The notes below the pieces were generated by a model, which saw only the letters and a list, made by a program, of their open reading frames with translations, ran no database searches and was not told the DNA's origin. A stretch of 55,532 bases of DNA from Octopus bimaculoides (lineage: Eukaryota). Both the position numbers and the translations under genes were made by a program. The stretch lies in contig NC_068993.1 of NCBI RefSeq assembly GCF_001194135.2, forward strand, positions 39,477,436 to 39,532,967, read 5' to 3'. This document shows positions 1-12,699 of this stretch, piece by piece. Within the stretch, counting starts at the first letter, position 1, and each line of letters begins with the position of its first letter.

Positions 1-199
1 TATATATATGCCTGTAAGTAAGAATTATTATATTTATGCAAAATTTATATGTGAATAGATTCTCAAGGACATATAAGTTGAATTTGGTGTCTATATATAT
101 GTGTGCAAAAATACGAATATGTGCACATACACTAAAATGGCTGAAAATATATGTGCATATATATACATATAGATATGAGAATGAGTGTATACATAAATA

Positions 200-526
200 A
201 TGAAAACCTTTACATCCAATCATATCTATTTATATGTGCATGTATGCATCTATAAATATATGGTTATGTGCGTGTATACATATGTATGCATGTGTGTGTG
301 TATGTGTGAGTACTTATACGCTTACAAACACATCCTCACAGATATATACAAACATATATGTATTCATATATCTATAGACCTACATACAAACTTATTACAA
401 TATAATGATATTGACACATATATACTTAACTTTTACAACTATAATATCATTTTAAAATAAGGGGTTCTATATCATATGTTTATGTGAGTACATATTTGTG
501 TGTGCGTATACACGCACGCGCATATC

Positions 527-566
<40 letters not shown>

Positions 567-1095
567 TATTTGTACACACTCATATATATAAATATGCATA
601 TATAAATATNNNNNNNNNNNNNNNNNNNNNNNNNNNNNNNNNNNNNNNNNNNNNNNNNNNNNNNNNNNNNNNNNNNNNNNNNNNNNNNNNNNNNNNNNNN
701 NNNNNNNNNNNNNNNNNNNNNNNNNNNNNNNNNNNNNNNNNNNNNNNNNNNNNNACACACATACACACACATATATACAATCACATATATAAATATGTAT
801 GACTATCAACGTAAAGAATGATATTACTAAAAAAAAAATGAAAAAACAGTATTTTCCAATGAATTATTTATAAACATATTCTACTGAGCTGGGTATTTCA
901 TTTCCTGTTAAATGGTAAACACTGTCTTTATGTCAGGGCATATAATCACACAGATATTTACACATGTATACACTGACACACACACAAACACATACATATG
1001 CACACATACATACACACACACACACACATACACAAATGTATATTTTGTTGACGAGTGTGTCCGCACATACACACATATAAGCATATGTATGTACA

Positions 1096-1170
<75 letters not shown>

Positions 1171-1310
1171 GCGTGTGTGTATGCATATATATAAAATAGA
1201 AGCGCATGCTTTCATATATGTATATGTACATTATGTATCCATTACATACAGACATACATACCCATACGTATGTGTACATATGTTCATACACACACACACA
1301 TATACTATTT
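200..1310. repeat. TA/CA/TACA low-complexity microsatellite field (same type flanks most N-gaps)
   Basis: Alternating purine-pyrimidine runs; these produce the spurious YIYI/HTHT/CVCV ORFs. Confidence 0.95.
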
Positions 1311-1338
1311 CGAGATAGAATTACATACACTTCCCTTA

Positions 1339-1340
1339 AA

Positions 1341-1410
<70 letters not shown>
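1339..1410. repeat. (AAT)n microsatellite; similar tracts at 6343-6400, 10658-10722, 15553-15690, 18190-18243, 19890-19960, 41730-41810
   Basis: Perfect trinucleotide runs. Confidence 0.98.
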
Positions 1411-1411
<1 letters not shown>

Positions 1412-1762
1412 CTAATCTGAACCAAACAAAAATAACAATAACAATAATAACTGTATAAGAAATCAGAAAATCAGAAGATGAAGAGAAAGACTTGCTTCAA
1501 GAAGCAATGCATCCACAACGAACTGTTCCTCTTTGTAGTACACACCATGGATGCTATGTGCGAAAGAATTGTGTACCATTATCCCATAGAATGGTTCACT
1601 GAATGCTGAAGTCAATTAAGTGTATAACAGGAAAAGCTGTTCTTCCACTCATAAATGAAGTCAATTTCTCCTGTCTACTTTGAAGTCGAAGTTGATTTTT
1701 CGTTTTGATTTATTGTTTATTAACAAATTCTTTCCTCTTTCTCGTCTATTCTTGTCTTTCAG

Positions 1763-1783
1763 TTCAATATTTGATAAAATAAG
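1763..1783 (+). CDS. Candidate 21-nt micro-exon (phase 2-2, SIFDKI)
   Basis: Long pyrimidine tract ending ctttcag, then AAG|gtatgt. Only one frame is open. Confidence 0.3.
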
Positions 1784-2171
1784 GTATGTAAAAGGATGTG
1801 TTTTATCTGAGATGGATTATCGTTGCAGTTCTCCGTATTGGCCTGTTCTATAATCCCCCATCTTTGATTGCGATTTTGGTTTAAATTTCTACACTATAGG
1901 AATATGCTGCAAGAAATGTAAAAAAGACATATGAATATATTTCTGTTTTACTATCAGGTGTGAACATTTCCAGTAGTAAAAAAAGTATTTCTGATAATGT
2001 CATTTAAAACAGAAATTAGATTGTAGCCATACACCTGCTAAGATTTTAGCCATCATCGTGACATTTTCCAGTTTAAACCAACCACACTACCATAAAAGAC
2101 AAGGCCAATTATAAAAATTGTCGCTCTGATCCTTGAGATGGTCTCTCATTCTATTCTAAGTTTCCTTACAG

Positions 2172-2219
2172 AATGACCTGTGTTGCTACATGTAACAATG
2201 TCATTGAAGGACATGATAG
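2172..2219 (+). CDS. Candidate 48-nt exon (phase 2-2, MTCVATCNNVIEGHD)
   Basis: tttccttacag acceptor and AG|gtattt donor; phase-compatible with 1763-1783. Confidence 0.25.
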
Positions 2220-2372
2220 GTATTTTCACTTCCTCTGTTTATTCTAACTAAAATAACCTGAGATACTACATGAAGGTAGTAGAGTTCAAGGTCAATCACT
2301 GTGAAGCGGCTTCACTCTGCTTGCTTTAGCTCCGTTACTATCGCAACAGTCAGGATACTTATTGACCAGACC

Positions 2373-2412
<40 letters not shown>

Positions 2413-3128
2413 ATCTATCTCTCGTTGCTCGTCCTTCACCTCTCCCCGTCACTACTACTATTTCTCTCCCTCTCTACCTCTCGTTGCTCACTTATATTCT
2501 ACTTCCTCCCCTTCTTCTCCCTCTGCTACTCTTTCTCCCTACTCCTCGCTGGTCACATGTGTCCAGTTGCCATTTCTTTTCGGTCTTGGACTCCCTAAGC
2601 TTCGAACGCACTTCTTCGCCTCTCCAGTTCGTGCTTCACAGCGTTCAATATACGCACACTTCTCCCAGTCTGGCTGTACAGCCTTTTTGTTTGTTTATTT
2701 CGCCGTTTCGTTTTCCTGTCTTCTCCATGCAACAAATTTAATTTGTGTTCGTTGGAAGAACCATTTTAACGATGCGTCCTTCCCTAACTCTTCGAAACGC
2801 CAGTGTTTTAATGGTGGCAGCTGATGAAGGATATGTTCTCTATGTGGCCTGCTTGTTTTTTGTACTTTGTTTATCATTTCGTCCATGTTTATTTGCAACG
2901 TCATGTACCCAGATATGTATCTATGTGTACATGTAGATGAAGGTATGTACATGCATGTACATATATATGTATATACTCATATATTGTTAATCTATAACTT
3001 GGAAGAGGATGCTGGCGTTCAGTTTTCCCTTTGTGTCTTTCGTTGTTCGAAAGAATAGTTCATGTTCCATGTCCTCGTGTTTCGTACTTTTTTGGTGAAC
3101 ACGTTTCGTGAGGTCCTGTGCCCACATA

Positions 3129-3160
<32 letters not shown>

Positions 3161-4259
3161 CGTGTAGATNNNNNNNNNNNNNNNNNNNNNNNNNNNNNNN
3201 NNNNNNNNNNNNNNNNNNNNNNNNNNNNNNNNNNNNNNNNNNNNNNNNNNNNNNNNNNNNNNNNNNNNNNNNNNNNNNNNNNNNNNNNNNNNNNNNNNNN
3301 NNNNNNNNNNNNNNNNNNNNNNNNNNNNNNNNNNNNNNNNNNNNNNNNNNNNNNNNNNNNNNNNNNNNNNNNNNNNNNNNNNNNNNNNNNNNNNNNNNNN
3401 NNNNNNNNNNNNNNNNNNNNNNNNNNNNNNNNNNNNNNNNNNNNNNNNNNNNNNNNNNNNNNNNNNNNNNNNNNNNNNNNNNNNNNNNNNNNNNNNNNNN
3501 NNNNNNNNNNNNNNNNNNNNNNNNNNNNNNNNNNNNNNNNNNNNNNNNNNNNNNNNNNNNNNNNNNNNNNNNNNNNNNNNNNNNNNNNNNNNNNNNNNNN
3601 NNNNNNNNNNNNNNNNACTATTCATCAATATTTATTTAACAACAGTCGTCTTCACACTAAAAGATCAATCTATGGAAATCAAAGTACCGAAGCCTGCAAC
3701 TGAATAGTCAAAAATATTGAAAACAGCAATTATAATTATGTAAAAGTTCATAGAGTAAATGAATTATTTAACTTTGAAAATAACATATATTGCGTCTTTC
3801 TTTTGAATAATTTTCACTGTATAACAATATACTGTTTCTGTGAGTATGTCTTTAAGTTGTCTGTACACGGTATCAGTAGACCGCATGTCTGAAGTGTTGA
3901 TAACGCTCATATGAGGATTTAAGTTTAAGAACAAGTTGATCTATTATTTACTGAAGAATAATGTTGGAGAAGAAATCAAAGTTTAGAATACACCAAGCTG
4001 ACTTGCATAAAATTGCCAGGGTTGCTGTATCTATTATTTCTTGATTTTGTGCATGTGTGTGTTTATACCTATTTATTATTTTTTTTTATTCTTTCATTTT
4101 TTGTATTTAATTTAATTTAATTTTTTGTTAACGTATATAGTTATTTAATTCCGTTTGTTTATCTGTGTATTGTATTATATTTTGTTCATATTGTGATCAG
4201 TTTATGGGGATCTTATTCTGTCACATGCTGTGGTGTGTTGGGGGTGTGCGTTAGTGTTT

Positions 4260-4880
4260 CATTCCAGTTTCCTATTCAGGCTAGGTTTATCTTCTATTAT
4301 GTGTGTAGCTTCTGTAATTTGGCTAAGTGTTGCGTCTGTTCTATGTGTGGACAAGATTTTAACTTCTATGTTGTTGAGTGAGCCCCCGTGTTCCTAATCG
4401 GCGTGCTGGCACAGAACCGATGAGTTCTTTTCTTCCTTAAGTTCCTTCCAATTTTCATTTACCCGCTCTCCTATGCTCCGTGCCGTTTCCCCTACGTACG
4501 TCGTTGTCTTGTTACTGCATCGTTCCTCTGTACATCTTATACTATTGACTACATTTCTGGCTTTACAGTTTGTTTGTGGGCTAAATCTACATACAGTACA
4601 ATTCCTATCAGTACAGAGGGTTCTACTAAAAGAGTAGCTTCTACCGATTAGGGATTTGATAGTGTTGCCTGGCCTTTCAACAACCTTAATTCTTAGCTTA
4701 AGTTTGTCTAGAGCCCTTCTAAAGCGGTACGCCAGTTCGCCTCTAGGGGTGGTGTCGACGAACATGACACTCTGGTGTTTGTGGCTATCATACCATGAGT
4801 TGGCCTTCCCTATTTTCTTCTTAGTCCTTTCAATGGTGTTCCATGACTTGCTCCTATAGAGTGGGCAGGAAGTCATAGAT
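4260..4880 (-). mobile_element. Penelope-like element (PLE) remnant: C-terminal linker plus GIY-YIG endonuclease
   Basis: ORF 4394-4876 reads PLYRSKSW...VMFVDTTPRGELA...IKVVERPG...C-x4-C-x2-C...NVVNSIRC...YVGETARSIGERVNEN. The same frame continues after one stop as EHGGSLNNIEVKILSTH...QITEATHIIEDKPSLNRKLE*. This is a typical PLE GIY-YIG domain. Confidence 0.85.
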
Positions 4881-5294
4881 AATCAGGGAAATATTAGGGT
4901 CAATCTAGGTTTCGCCATTTTTGGTCTGAAGAGCTATATCCAGCACCAATCTACGAAAACCAGAACGCTCTGCTGTAGAACCAGACACTCTTGCCTGTAA
5001 ACACGGCATTTTAAGATCACAGTCCCTGGGAGACCCGCTTAATTTTTCCGGTAACAGTCAGTATTAGTTCAACCGTGACGATCTTGTAGGAAAATAAAAC
5101 CACCGTTTTGGTTCATTTCTGCCTCATATACAATTCAGATATCCATTTTTCTTTGAAAAAGAAAAAAAGAAAAGAAGCGAAAAAAGAAAAAAAAAAAAGG
5201 AGGAAAAGTTTATTATGGATCTACAGGATCAAATTTGATGCATTGTTACGGGACAACGATGAAAAGATTCTGTGTTAGAACAGGATTCATGACT

Positions 5295-5650
5295 ATAGGT
5301 GTGGCTGTATGGTAAAGAGTTTGCTTACCAACCACATGGTTCTGGGTTCAGTCCCACTGCGTTGCACCTTTGGCAAGCCTGTAGAATATATGTATATAAA
5401 AATATTGTGTGTACGAGCGTATAAATATATTGTGTGTGTGTCATTGTGTCATCTGTTCCCCTCCATTGCTTTACAACCGGCGTTGGTGTGTTTATGTCCC
5501 TGTAACTTAGTGGTTCGACAAATGATATTTATAGAATAAGTACGAGGCTTACAAACAGTATTGATTCCTTCGACTAAAATTATTGAAGGCTCTGCCTCAC
5601 CATGTCTTACGGTCTAATGACTGAAAGTGATAAAGATAAATAAAAGAATA
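5295..5650 (+). mobile_element. SINE family B (tRNA-derived head, central TG tract, 3' tail)
   Basis: A-box-like GTGGCTGTATGG, B-box-like GGGTTCAGTCCC, central GT-rich tract and the tail shared with 50940-51285. Confidence 0.85.
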
Positions 5651-5680
5651 TACATGTATGTATGTATATATGTATGTATA

Positions 5681-5719
<39 letters not shown>

Positions 5720-5820
5720 TTAATATTTATATATGTATATCTATATCTATCTATCTCTATATATTTATATACATATATCGTGTGTGTATGTATACACACA
5801 CATATATGTATATGTATATA

Positions 5821-5917
5821 CGTTTGTGTGTCCCTGTGTCTGCATTTGTTTTTCAGCACCTAACAACCGGACACAATTCGGTCGACTAAAATTATTTAAG
5901 GCGGTATTCTGGTATGG
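5821..5917 (+). mobile_element. SINE family B, 3' fragment running into a gap
   Basis: aacaaccgg...tcgactaaaatt...aaggcggtattctggtatgg matches the family B tail. Confidence 0.65.
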
Positions 5918-6092
5918 NNNNNNNNNNNNNNNNNNNNNNNNNNNNNNNNNNNNNNNNNNNNNNNNNNNNNNNNNNNNNNNNNNNNNNNNNNNNTATATAC
6001 GTGGACGCTCATTGACGTACACTCATATACAGAAATACATTAAACACACAGATGATTACACATAGGAGGCGTACACACATTTATGCAAACAT

Positions 6093-6136
<44 letters not shown>

Positions 6137-6341
6137 GCGCGCGAGATTACATACAGATACAGACGTCAATATGAGCCATTTTGGCCACCATTTTCTCTCG
6201 CACAATTGTTTACCATGATCTTTTAAGTTAACAACTGAATTATTGACACTTGATGGTATTTATAATAACAATCGGTACCTCCGTACGCCATTACTACTGT
6301 GTCCACGTAACCACCTGTAACTAGGTTGCAAACAGTGCCTC

Positions 6342-6392
<51 letters not shown>

Positions 6393-6944
6393 TAATAACA
6401 ATAATGGTGATGGCTAATGTGGAAGTGGTTGTGATGGTGGAGATGGGAAGAGGTAGATAATAATGGGTGTTAGTAGCATGTGGTGTATGGTCGTGGTGGT
6501 GACAATAGTGGTGTTGGTATGGCGGGGTGTTTTGTGGTGGTGGTCTTCTTTGTCATGGTAATGGTGGTGGTTGATTCTGTCTTGGTGATGGTGGAGCCGG
6601 GTAAGGGGGTGATAGTAATCTGTGTTAGTGGCAGTTTTAGCAGTGGTGGTGTTGGAATGGTGGTCGCGATCGGTCTTTTTATTTTTGTTGCTGGTGGTGT
6701 TGTTGGTGATGACAATGGTTGTCTTAGTGAGGTGGTGGTGGTTGTGGTGGTGGTGGTGGTAGTGGGTGCGATGATTGTTTTTTTTGTGAGAGTGGTAGTG
6801 GTGGTGGTGGTGGTAGTGGTTGAGTTTTGTCTGGTAGTAGTGAAACTCGGGAGGGGTGGATGGTAATGGGTGATAATAATGGGTGGTGGTGATTATAGTG
6901 GTGGTGGTGGTGGCGTGAATATTGTGGTGGTGAAGGTTCAGGGT

Positions 6945-7330
6945 AAGGCTGTCTTTTATCACTGATCTTGTTTCAGCTATTAGGCTTCGGCCATGCTGGA
7001 GCACCATCTTGAAATACTTTTAGTAGACCCTTATACTTATTAATTTTTTTAAAGCCAGGTACCTAATTTATCGTTCTCTTTTGCTGAACCACTAAGCTAC
7101 GGGGACGTAAACTCACCAACACCGGTTGTCAAGCGGTGGTGGGTACAAACACAGACACAAAGACACACACATACATACGCACACAAATACACACACACAC
7201 ACTCGACTGGCTTCATTCAGTTTCCTACTACCGAATCCACTCACAAGGCTTTGGTCGGCCCGAGGCTATAGTACCCAAGATGCCACGCAGAGGGACTGAA
7301 CCCTGAACCATGTGTTCCCATTTTGGACTG
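6945..7330 (-). mobile_element. SINE family B, near full length, head disrupted by a 32-bp tandem duplication (7293-7356)
   Basis: Reverse complement of the family B body and tail (ggccatgctggagcacc, cacaaggctttggtcggcccgaggcta). ggactgaaccctg(a/t)accatgtgttcccatttt occurs twice. Confidence 0.85.
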
Positions 7331-7557
7331 AACCCTGTACCATGTGTTCCCATTTTGGTTGTGTCCTTCACCAAGATGGTCAGGTGTGATTTGAGGAAAA
7401 GATCGCTGCTACTTCAAACAAATCGAAGGCCCACGAAGTGGTTCCCATTCTGGCTACGAATGACAATGGAAGGTTTTATTAGTCGACAGAAGAAGAGTTG
7501 GTTTGTGTAGTAGTCACAATATTGTGGTAGTTGAAGAGTGACTTTTGGTGTAAGTGA

Positions 7558-7590
<33 letters not shown>

Positions 7591-8150
7591 AGGTTTGGGG
7601 TAATGGGTTGTTGGTGGTTGTAGTAGTATTGGCGAAGATAGTGGTTGTGATTTAGTTAGCGATACTAGTGGAGCTTGTCCTGAAGGTGGTAGTAGTCTTG
7701 ATGTTGTTGTTGTTGGTTTTGGTTGTGATGGTATGTTGGCGATACTAGTCAAGGTGGTGGCGGTGGCGGCAGTGGTTGTGATGGAGATAATGGTAATGAT
7801 GCTAATGTTGAACTTGATGGTGGTGGTAGTAATATTGTTGCTGGTGCCCGTCTTGAACGTGTTGTTGCTAATGGTGGCTGTGGTGATGTTGTTAGTGGTG
7901 GGGCTAGTTTTGGCGGTGGCTGTAGTGGTGTAGTTAGTGATGGTGATGGTGTTGGTGGTTCTAGTCTCAGTGGTGGTTGTCTTGGCAACTGTCTTGATTG
8001 TGTTATTGCTGTCGTTGGTAGCGGTGATGGTGTCGGTTCTTGTCTTGCTGGCGGCGTTGGTGGTGTTGTTAGTGGTGATGATGGTTTTGCTGGTACTAAT
8101 TTTCGTGGTGGTACTAGTTTTGGTGGTTGTGGTGTTGGTGGTGGTTGTGG

Positions 8151-8538
8151 AGTGGAGGCGCAATGGCCCAGTGGTTAGGGCAGCGAACTCGTGGTCATAG
8201 GATCACGGTTTCGATTCCCAGACGGGGCATTGTGGGTGTTTATTGAGCGAAAACACCTAAAGCTCCACGAGGCTCCGGTAGGGAATGGTGGCGAACCCTG
8301 CTGTACTCTTCCACCATAACTTTCTCTCACTCTTACTTCCTGTTTCTGTTGTGCCTGTAATTCAAAGGGTCAGCCTTGTCACACTGTGTCACACCGAATA
8401 TCCCTGAGAACTACGTTAAGGGTACACGTGTCTGTGGAATGCTCAGCCACTTGCACGTTAATTTCACGAGCAGGCTGTTCCGTTGATCGGATCAACTGGA
8501 ACCCTTGACGTCGTAAGCGACGGAGTACCAACAACAAC
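8151..8538 (+). mobile_element. SINE family C, full length, with 11-bp TSD
   Basis: tRNA-like head with A box TGGCCCAGTGG and B box GGTTTCGATTCC, about 390 bp, (CAA)n tail. Flanked by GGTGGTTGTGG at 8140-8150 and 8539-8549; the TSD sits in low-complexity DNA, so a chance match is possible. Confidence 0.85.
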
Positions 8539-9212
8539 GGTGGTTGTGGTATAGGTAGTGGTACTAATTTTAGCGATGGTAGTGGTGGTGGTGTTGGTGG
8601 CAGTACTAGTTTTGGAGGTGGTAGTACTAGTTTTCGCGATGGTGGTGATATTGTTAGTGGTGGTGGATTATATTCGTGGTTCTAGTCATGGGGCTGACGG
8701 TGGTGGGACTGGTGGTGGTACCTGTCTTGCTGGTGATGGCGGTGATGTCAATCTTATTACGGTGGTGGTGGTTTTACCGGTACTTGTGGTGGTGGTGGTG
8801 TTACCGGTACTACTCTTGCTAGAGTTGGTGGTGATGTTTATAAGTAGGGAGGTATTAATGTTTTAGCTGTTGTTATCACTGGTGGTGTTCGTGGTTGGGT
8901 TGGTGACGACGGCGGTGCCCATGTTCATAAGTTAATGTGTGATTATATGCATAGGTTAGTGATACGGTAGTTGAGTGGTGAGGCAATGGTGGTGGTGAGA
9001 CTATTTACCAAACCTTATTGTACATTATAAATCTTCTAGATGCTTCAGTACCATTGTTTAACACCTTTTTTTTACTTTTGCTTTTCTTCGTTTTTTTTCC
9101 TCCTTTTTCCGTATGCTTTGCTTCGCTTTTTTTTGTCTTTTTTTCAGAAGAGCTTTTAACGAAAGTAAATAAGATAACACATATACACAGACACAGACAC
9201 AAGACACACACA

Positions 9213-9256
<44 letters not shown>

Positions 9257-9809
9257 CACATACACACACGACACATGTGTGTGTGTGTGTACGCGCGCAT
9301 CTGAATATGTGTATGTATGTATACGTATATATAAATGTTTGTATGTATATATATATATATATATATATANNNNNNNNNNNNNNNNNNNNNNNNNNNNNNN
9401 NNNNNNNNNNNNNNNNNNNNNNNNNNNNNNNNNNNNNNNNNNNNNNNNNNNNNNNNNNNNNNNNNNNNNNNNNNNNNNNNNNNNNNNNNNNNNNNNNNNN
9501 NNNNNNNNNNNNNNNNNNNNNNNNNNNNNNNNNNNNNNNNNNNNNNNNNNNNNNNNNNNNNNNNNNNNNNNNNNNNNNNNNNNNNNNNNNNNNNNNNNNN
9601 NNNNNNNNNNNNNNNNNNNNNNNNNNNNNNNNNNNNNNNNNNNNNNNNNNNNNNNNNNNNNNNNNNNNNNNNNNNNNNNNNNNNNNNNNNNNNNNNNNNN
9701 NNNNNNNNNNNNNNNNNNNNNNNNNNNNNNNNNNNNNNNNNNNNNNNNNNNNNNNNNNNNNNNNNNNNNNNNNNNNNNNNNNNNNNNNNNNNNNNNNNNN
9801 NNNNNNNNN

Positions 9810-9863
<54 letters not shown>

Positions 9864-10201
9864 TATATACGTTTATATATATAGACATATATATGAAAAT
9901 GTTTGTATATATACGTGCTTACATACACGCAGACACCAACATGCTTGGCCTCAAATTCATAGACGAACATGCCCTACACACACATGCATGCCTATACATG
10001 TATACACATACTCGTATAAAACATACATGTATATCCGTATGGACACCTGTCAGCTAACAAGCGCCAGCAACACCTCCACCTCCAACAATAACAACAAGAA
10101 CTTCACCCGCTCGCCCAAAACGTATACACAATTACATATACACACACGTGCCCACACTCACACACACATATACACACACATGCTCACTCACATACTCACA
10201 C

Positions 10202-10352
10202 TTATTTGTGTATAAAGAAAAGGGGGTTTTCCTTTGTTAATTTACTTCTTTCCACCGCCTCAAATAGTACCCCTGCTACACACCATGTTGGTACCCCCAG
10301 ACCTGTTTTTAAGACAATCTTTTTACGTTGGTTGTGATTTATAGAAAATGAC
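10202..10352 (-). CDS. Candidate terminal coding exon of unknown protein (49 aa plus stop)
   Basis: Unique-sequence island between microsatellites; acceptor atatcag; reads SFSINHNQRKKIVLKTGLGVPTWCVAGVLFEAVERSKLTKENPLFFIHK*. Confidence 0.25.
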
Positions 10353-10667
10353 CTGATATTTTTAGTACAAAATGCATCACTTTAAACTTGTTGGTGTTAC
10401 AGGAAGGATAGAAAGGAGGAAGGGTTCGGAGCGGGTGGGGTGGGGACATAGAGGAACAGGTTTAGACTTAGCATATGTTTGCATATGGGTGTTTGTGTAA
10501 ATGTGCTCTATGTGTACGAATATGTGTGTATATGTATGTGTGTGTGTGTGTGTGTGTGTGCTGGAGTAGGTGACAATAGCTCTACTTATCATGAGGAACG
10601 GGTGGAGACAGAGAAAGAAGGTTTAACAAGCTTATCATAGAATGCAAAGTAAGTTACAATAATAAGG

Positions 10668-10723
<56 letters not shown>

Positions 10724-11182
10724 CATTGTAAATATATGAAAAAAAGAAAACTAATGATAAAGTCAGAAAAAAAAAAGCAAACTCAAAAAATACTTTTTCT
10801 GCTCTTTAAACAATCTGAAGAAAAGAAATGCGTTTAGCAAGAACAAGGTTTTAAATCACATATATATCTAACTGGATTACGATGTATATAAAACAACAAC
10901 AACAACAGAAGCCACGACGGAACGATCCTTAATAACAATGGTGACAAGAACATTAACATATTTTAAAGGCCACAACAATGGCATCCAAAGCGTGCTTGTG
11001 TAGTTAAGGAATTTGCTTCGGTACTTGCGGTTTCAAACCCAGTGTGAGAAGTTGTAGTTAGTATTGTGCTTGACTGCTTAATCTAGGAGGAACGGCTATC
11101 GAGAAGCTAGTGAATTGTGGAAGTGGAGAGTGAAGAACTGGTGCCGAGAAAATGGGCTCTTCACACTCTTGGCGTTGTAAAT

Positions 11183-11233
<51 letters not shown>
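11183..11233. repeat. (ATCT/GATA)n microsatellite; also 37375-37430 and 53572-53657
   Basis: Perfect tetranucleotide runs. Confidence 0.98.
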
Positions 11234-11235
<2 letters not shown>

Positions 11236-11302
11236 AGGGGTAGGAGTGGCTGTGTGGTAAGTAGCTTGCTTACGAACCACATGGTTCCGGGTTCAGTCCC
11301 AC
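11234..11302 (+). mobile_element. SINE family B head (truncated by gap)
   Basis: taggagtggctgtgtggtaagtagcttgcttacgaaccacatggttccgggttcagtccca. Confidence 0.85.
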
Positions 11303-12188
11303 NNNNNNNNNNNNNNNNNNNNNNNNNNNNNNNNNNNNNNNNNNNNNNNNNNNNNNNNNNNNNNNNNNNNNNNNNNNNNNNNNNNNNNNNNNNNNNNNNN
11401 NNNNNNNNNNNNNNNNNNNNNNNNNNNNNNNNNNNNNNNNNNNNNNNNNNNNNNNNNNNNNNNNNNNNNNNNNNNNNNNNNNNNNNNNNNNNNNNNNNNN
11501 NNNNNNNNNNNNNNNNNNNNNNNNNNNNNNNNNNNNNNNNNNNNNNNNNNNNNNNNNNNNNNNNNNNNNNNNNNNNNNNNNNNNNNNNNNNNNNNNNNNN
11601 NNNNNNNNNNNNNNNNNNNNNNNNNNNNNNNNNNNNNNNNNNNNNNNNNNNNNNNNNNNNNNNNNNNNNNNNNNNNNNNNNNNNNNNNNNNNNNNNNNNN
11701 NNNNNNNNNNNNNNNNNNNNNNNNNNNNNNNNNNNNNNNNNNNNNNNNNNNNNNNNNNNNNNNNNNNNNNNNNNNNNNNNNNNNNNNNNNNNNNNNNNNN
11801 NNNNNNNNNNNNNNNNNNNNNNNNNNNNNNNNNNNNNNNNNNNNNNNNNNNNNNNNNNNNNNNNNNNNNNNNNNNNNNNNNNNNNNNNNNNNNNNNNNNN
11901 NNNNNNNNNNNNNNNNNNNNNNNNNNNNNNNNNNNNNNNNNNNNNNNNNNNNNNNNNNNNNNNNNNNNNNNNNNNNNNNNNNNNNNNNNNNNNNNNNNNN
12001 NNNNNNNNNNNNNNNNNNNNNNNNNNNNNNNNNNNNNNNNNNNNNNNNNNNNNNNNNNNNNNNNNNNNNNNNNNNNNNNNNNNNNNNNNNNNNNNNNNNN
12101 NNNNNNNNNNNNNNNNNNNNNNNNNNNNNNNNNNNNNNNNNNNNNNNNNNNNNNNNNNNNNNNNNNNNNNNNNNNNNNNNNNNNNNNN

Positions 12189-12216
<28 letters not shown>

Positions 12217-12220
<4 letters not shown>

Positions 12221-12357
12221 GATGGGCTTCTTTCAGTTTCCGTTTACCAAATCTACTCACAAGGCTTTGGTTGGCCCGAGGCTATAGTAGAAGGCACTTG
12301 CCCCAGGTGCCATGCAGTGGGACTGAATCCGGAACCATGTAGCTGGTGAGCAAACTG
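12217..12357 (-). mobile_element. SINE family B 5' half
   Basis: Reverse complement of the B head and body up to the TA tract at the gap edge. Confidence 0.85.
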
Positions 12358-12699
12358 TGTGTGTGTGTGTGTGTGTGTGTAGTTTAAATTTCCAACATTT
12401 TGGTTGATGGGGTATATAATCCAAGCGGATACCAATATTCACTTCTACCGATTGATAATGTTGGTTAGCATTCATGAACTTATGTGCCTTCAGTTGGATG
12501 GTTTAACTATTCTTCGTACATTCTCACGCCTGAAAATCCAGTTGTCTCTATAAAGACTGTATGCTTTTCGATGTAATATATATTAAAACAAGGTTAGAAT
12601 AAAGTGAGCTGCGAAATCTGAAGTCGAACTTCGTATTCTACGACGTACGAAAACTCCTCAGAGATGTCTTCAATGTAAAGAATAAAAAGCTAAGTGAGG

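Larger units (their letters stand above)
6405..9000. repeat. Long degenerate (GGT/GTA/GAT)n low-complexity tract, interrupted by a family B and a family C SINE
   Basis: Continuous GGT/GTG-rich trinucleotide sequence at about 6405-6930, 7480-8150 and 8540-9000. Confidence 0.9.

Noticed and set aside
2790-2840. GAAAC...CTGATGA as a permuted hammerhead
   Set aside because: Stem I and stem II do not form and there is no valid NUH cleavage triplet.
7414-8163. 249-aa Thr-rich minus-strand ORF (mucin-like)
   Set aside because: It starts on a TTG inside the family C SINE head and is simply the stop-free complement of a GGT repeat field.
8151-8230. tRNA genes at SINE heads (also 11234, 16878, 51200)
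   Set aside because: A and B boxes are present, but there is no complete cloverleaf and each continues into a multi-copy SINE body.
12606-12668. Second hammerhead-like motif on the minus strand (CUGAGGA with plausible stems I and II)
   Set aside because: It has GAAG instead of GAAA and stem III needs several edits, so it is not distinguishable from chance.
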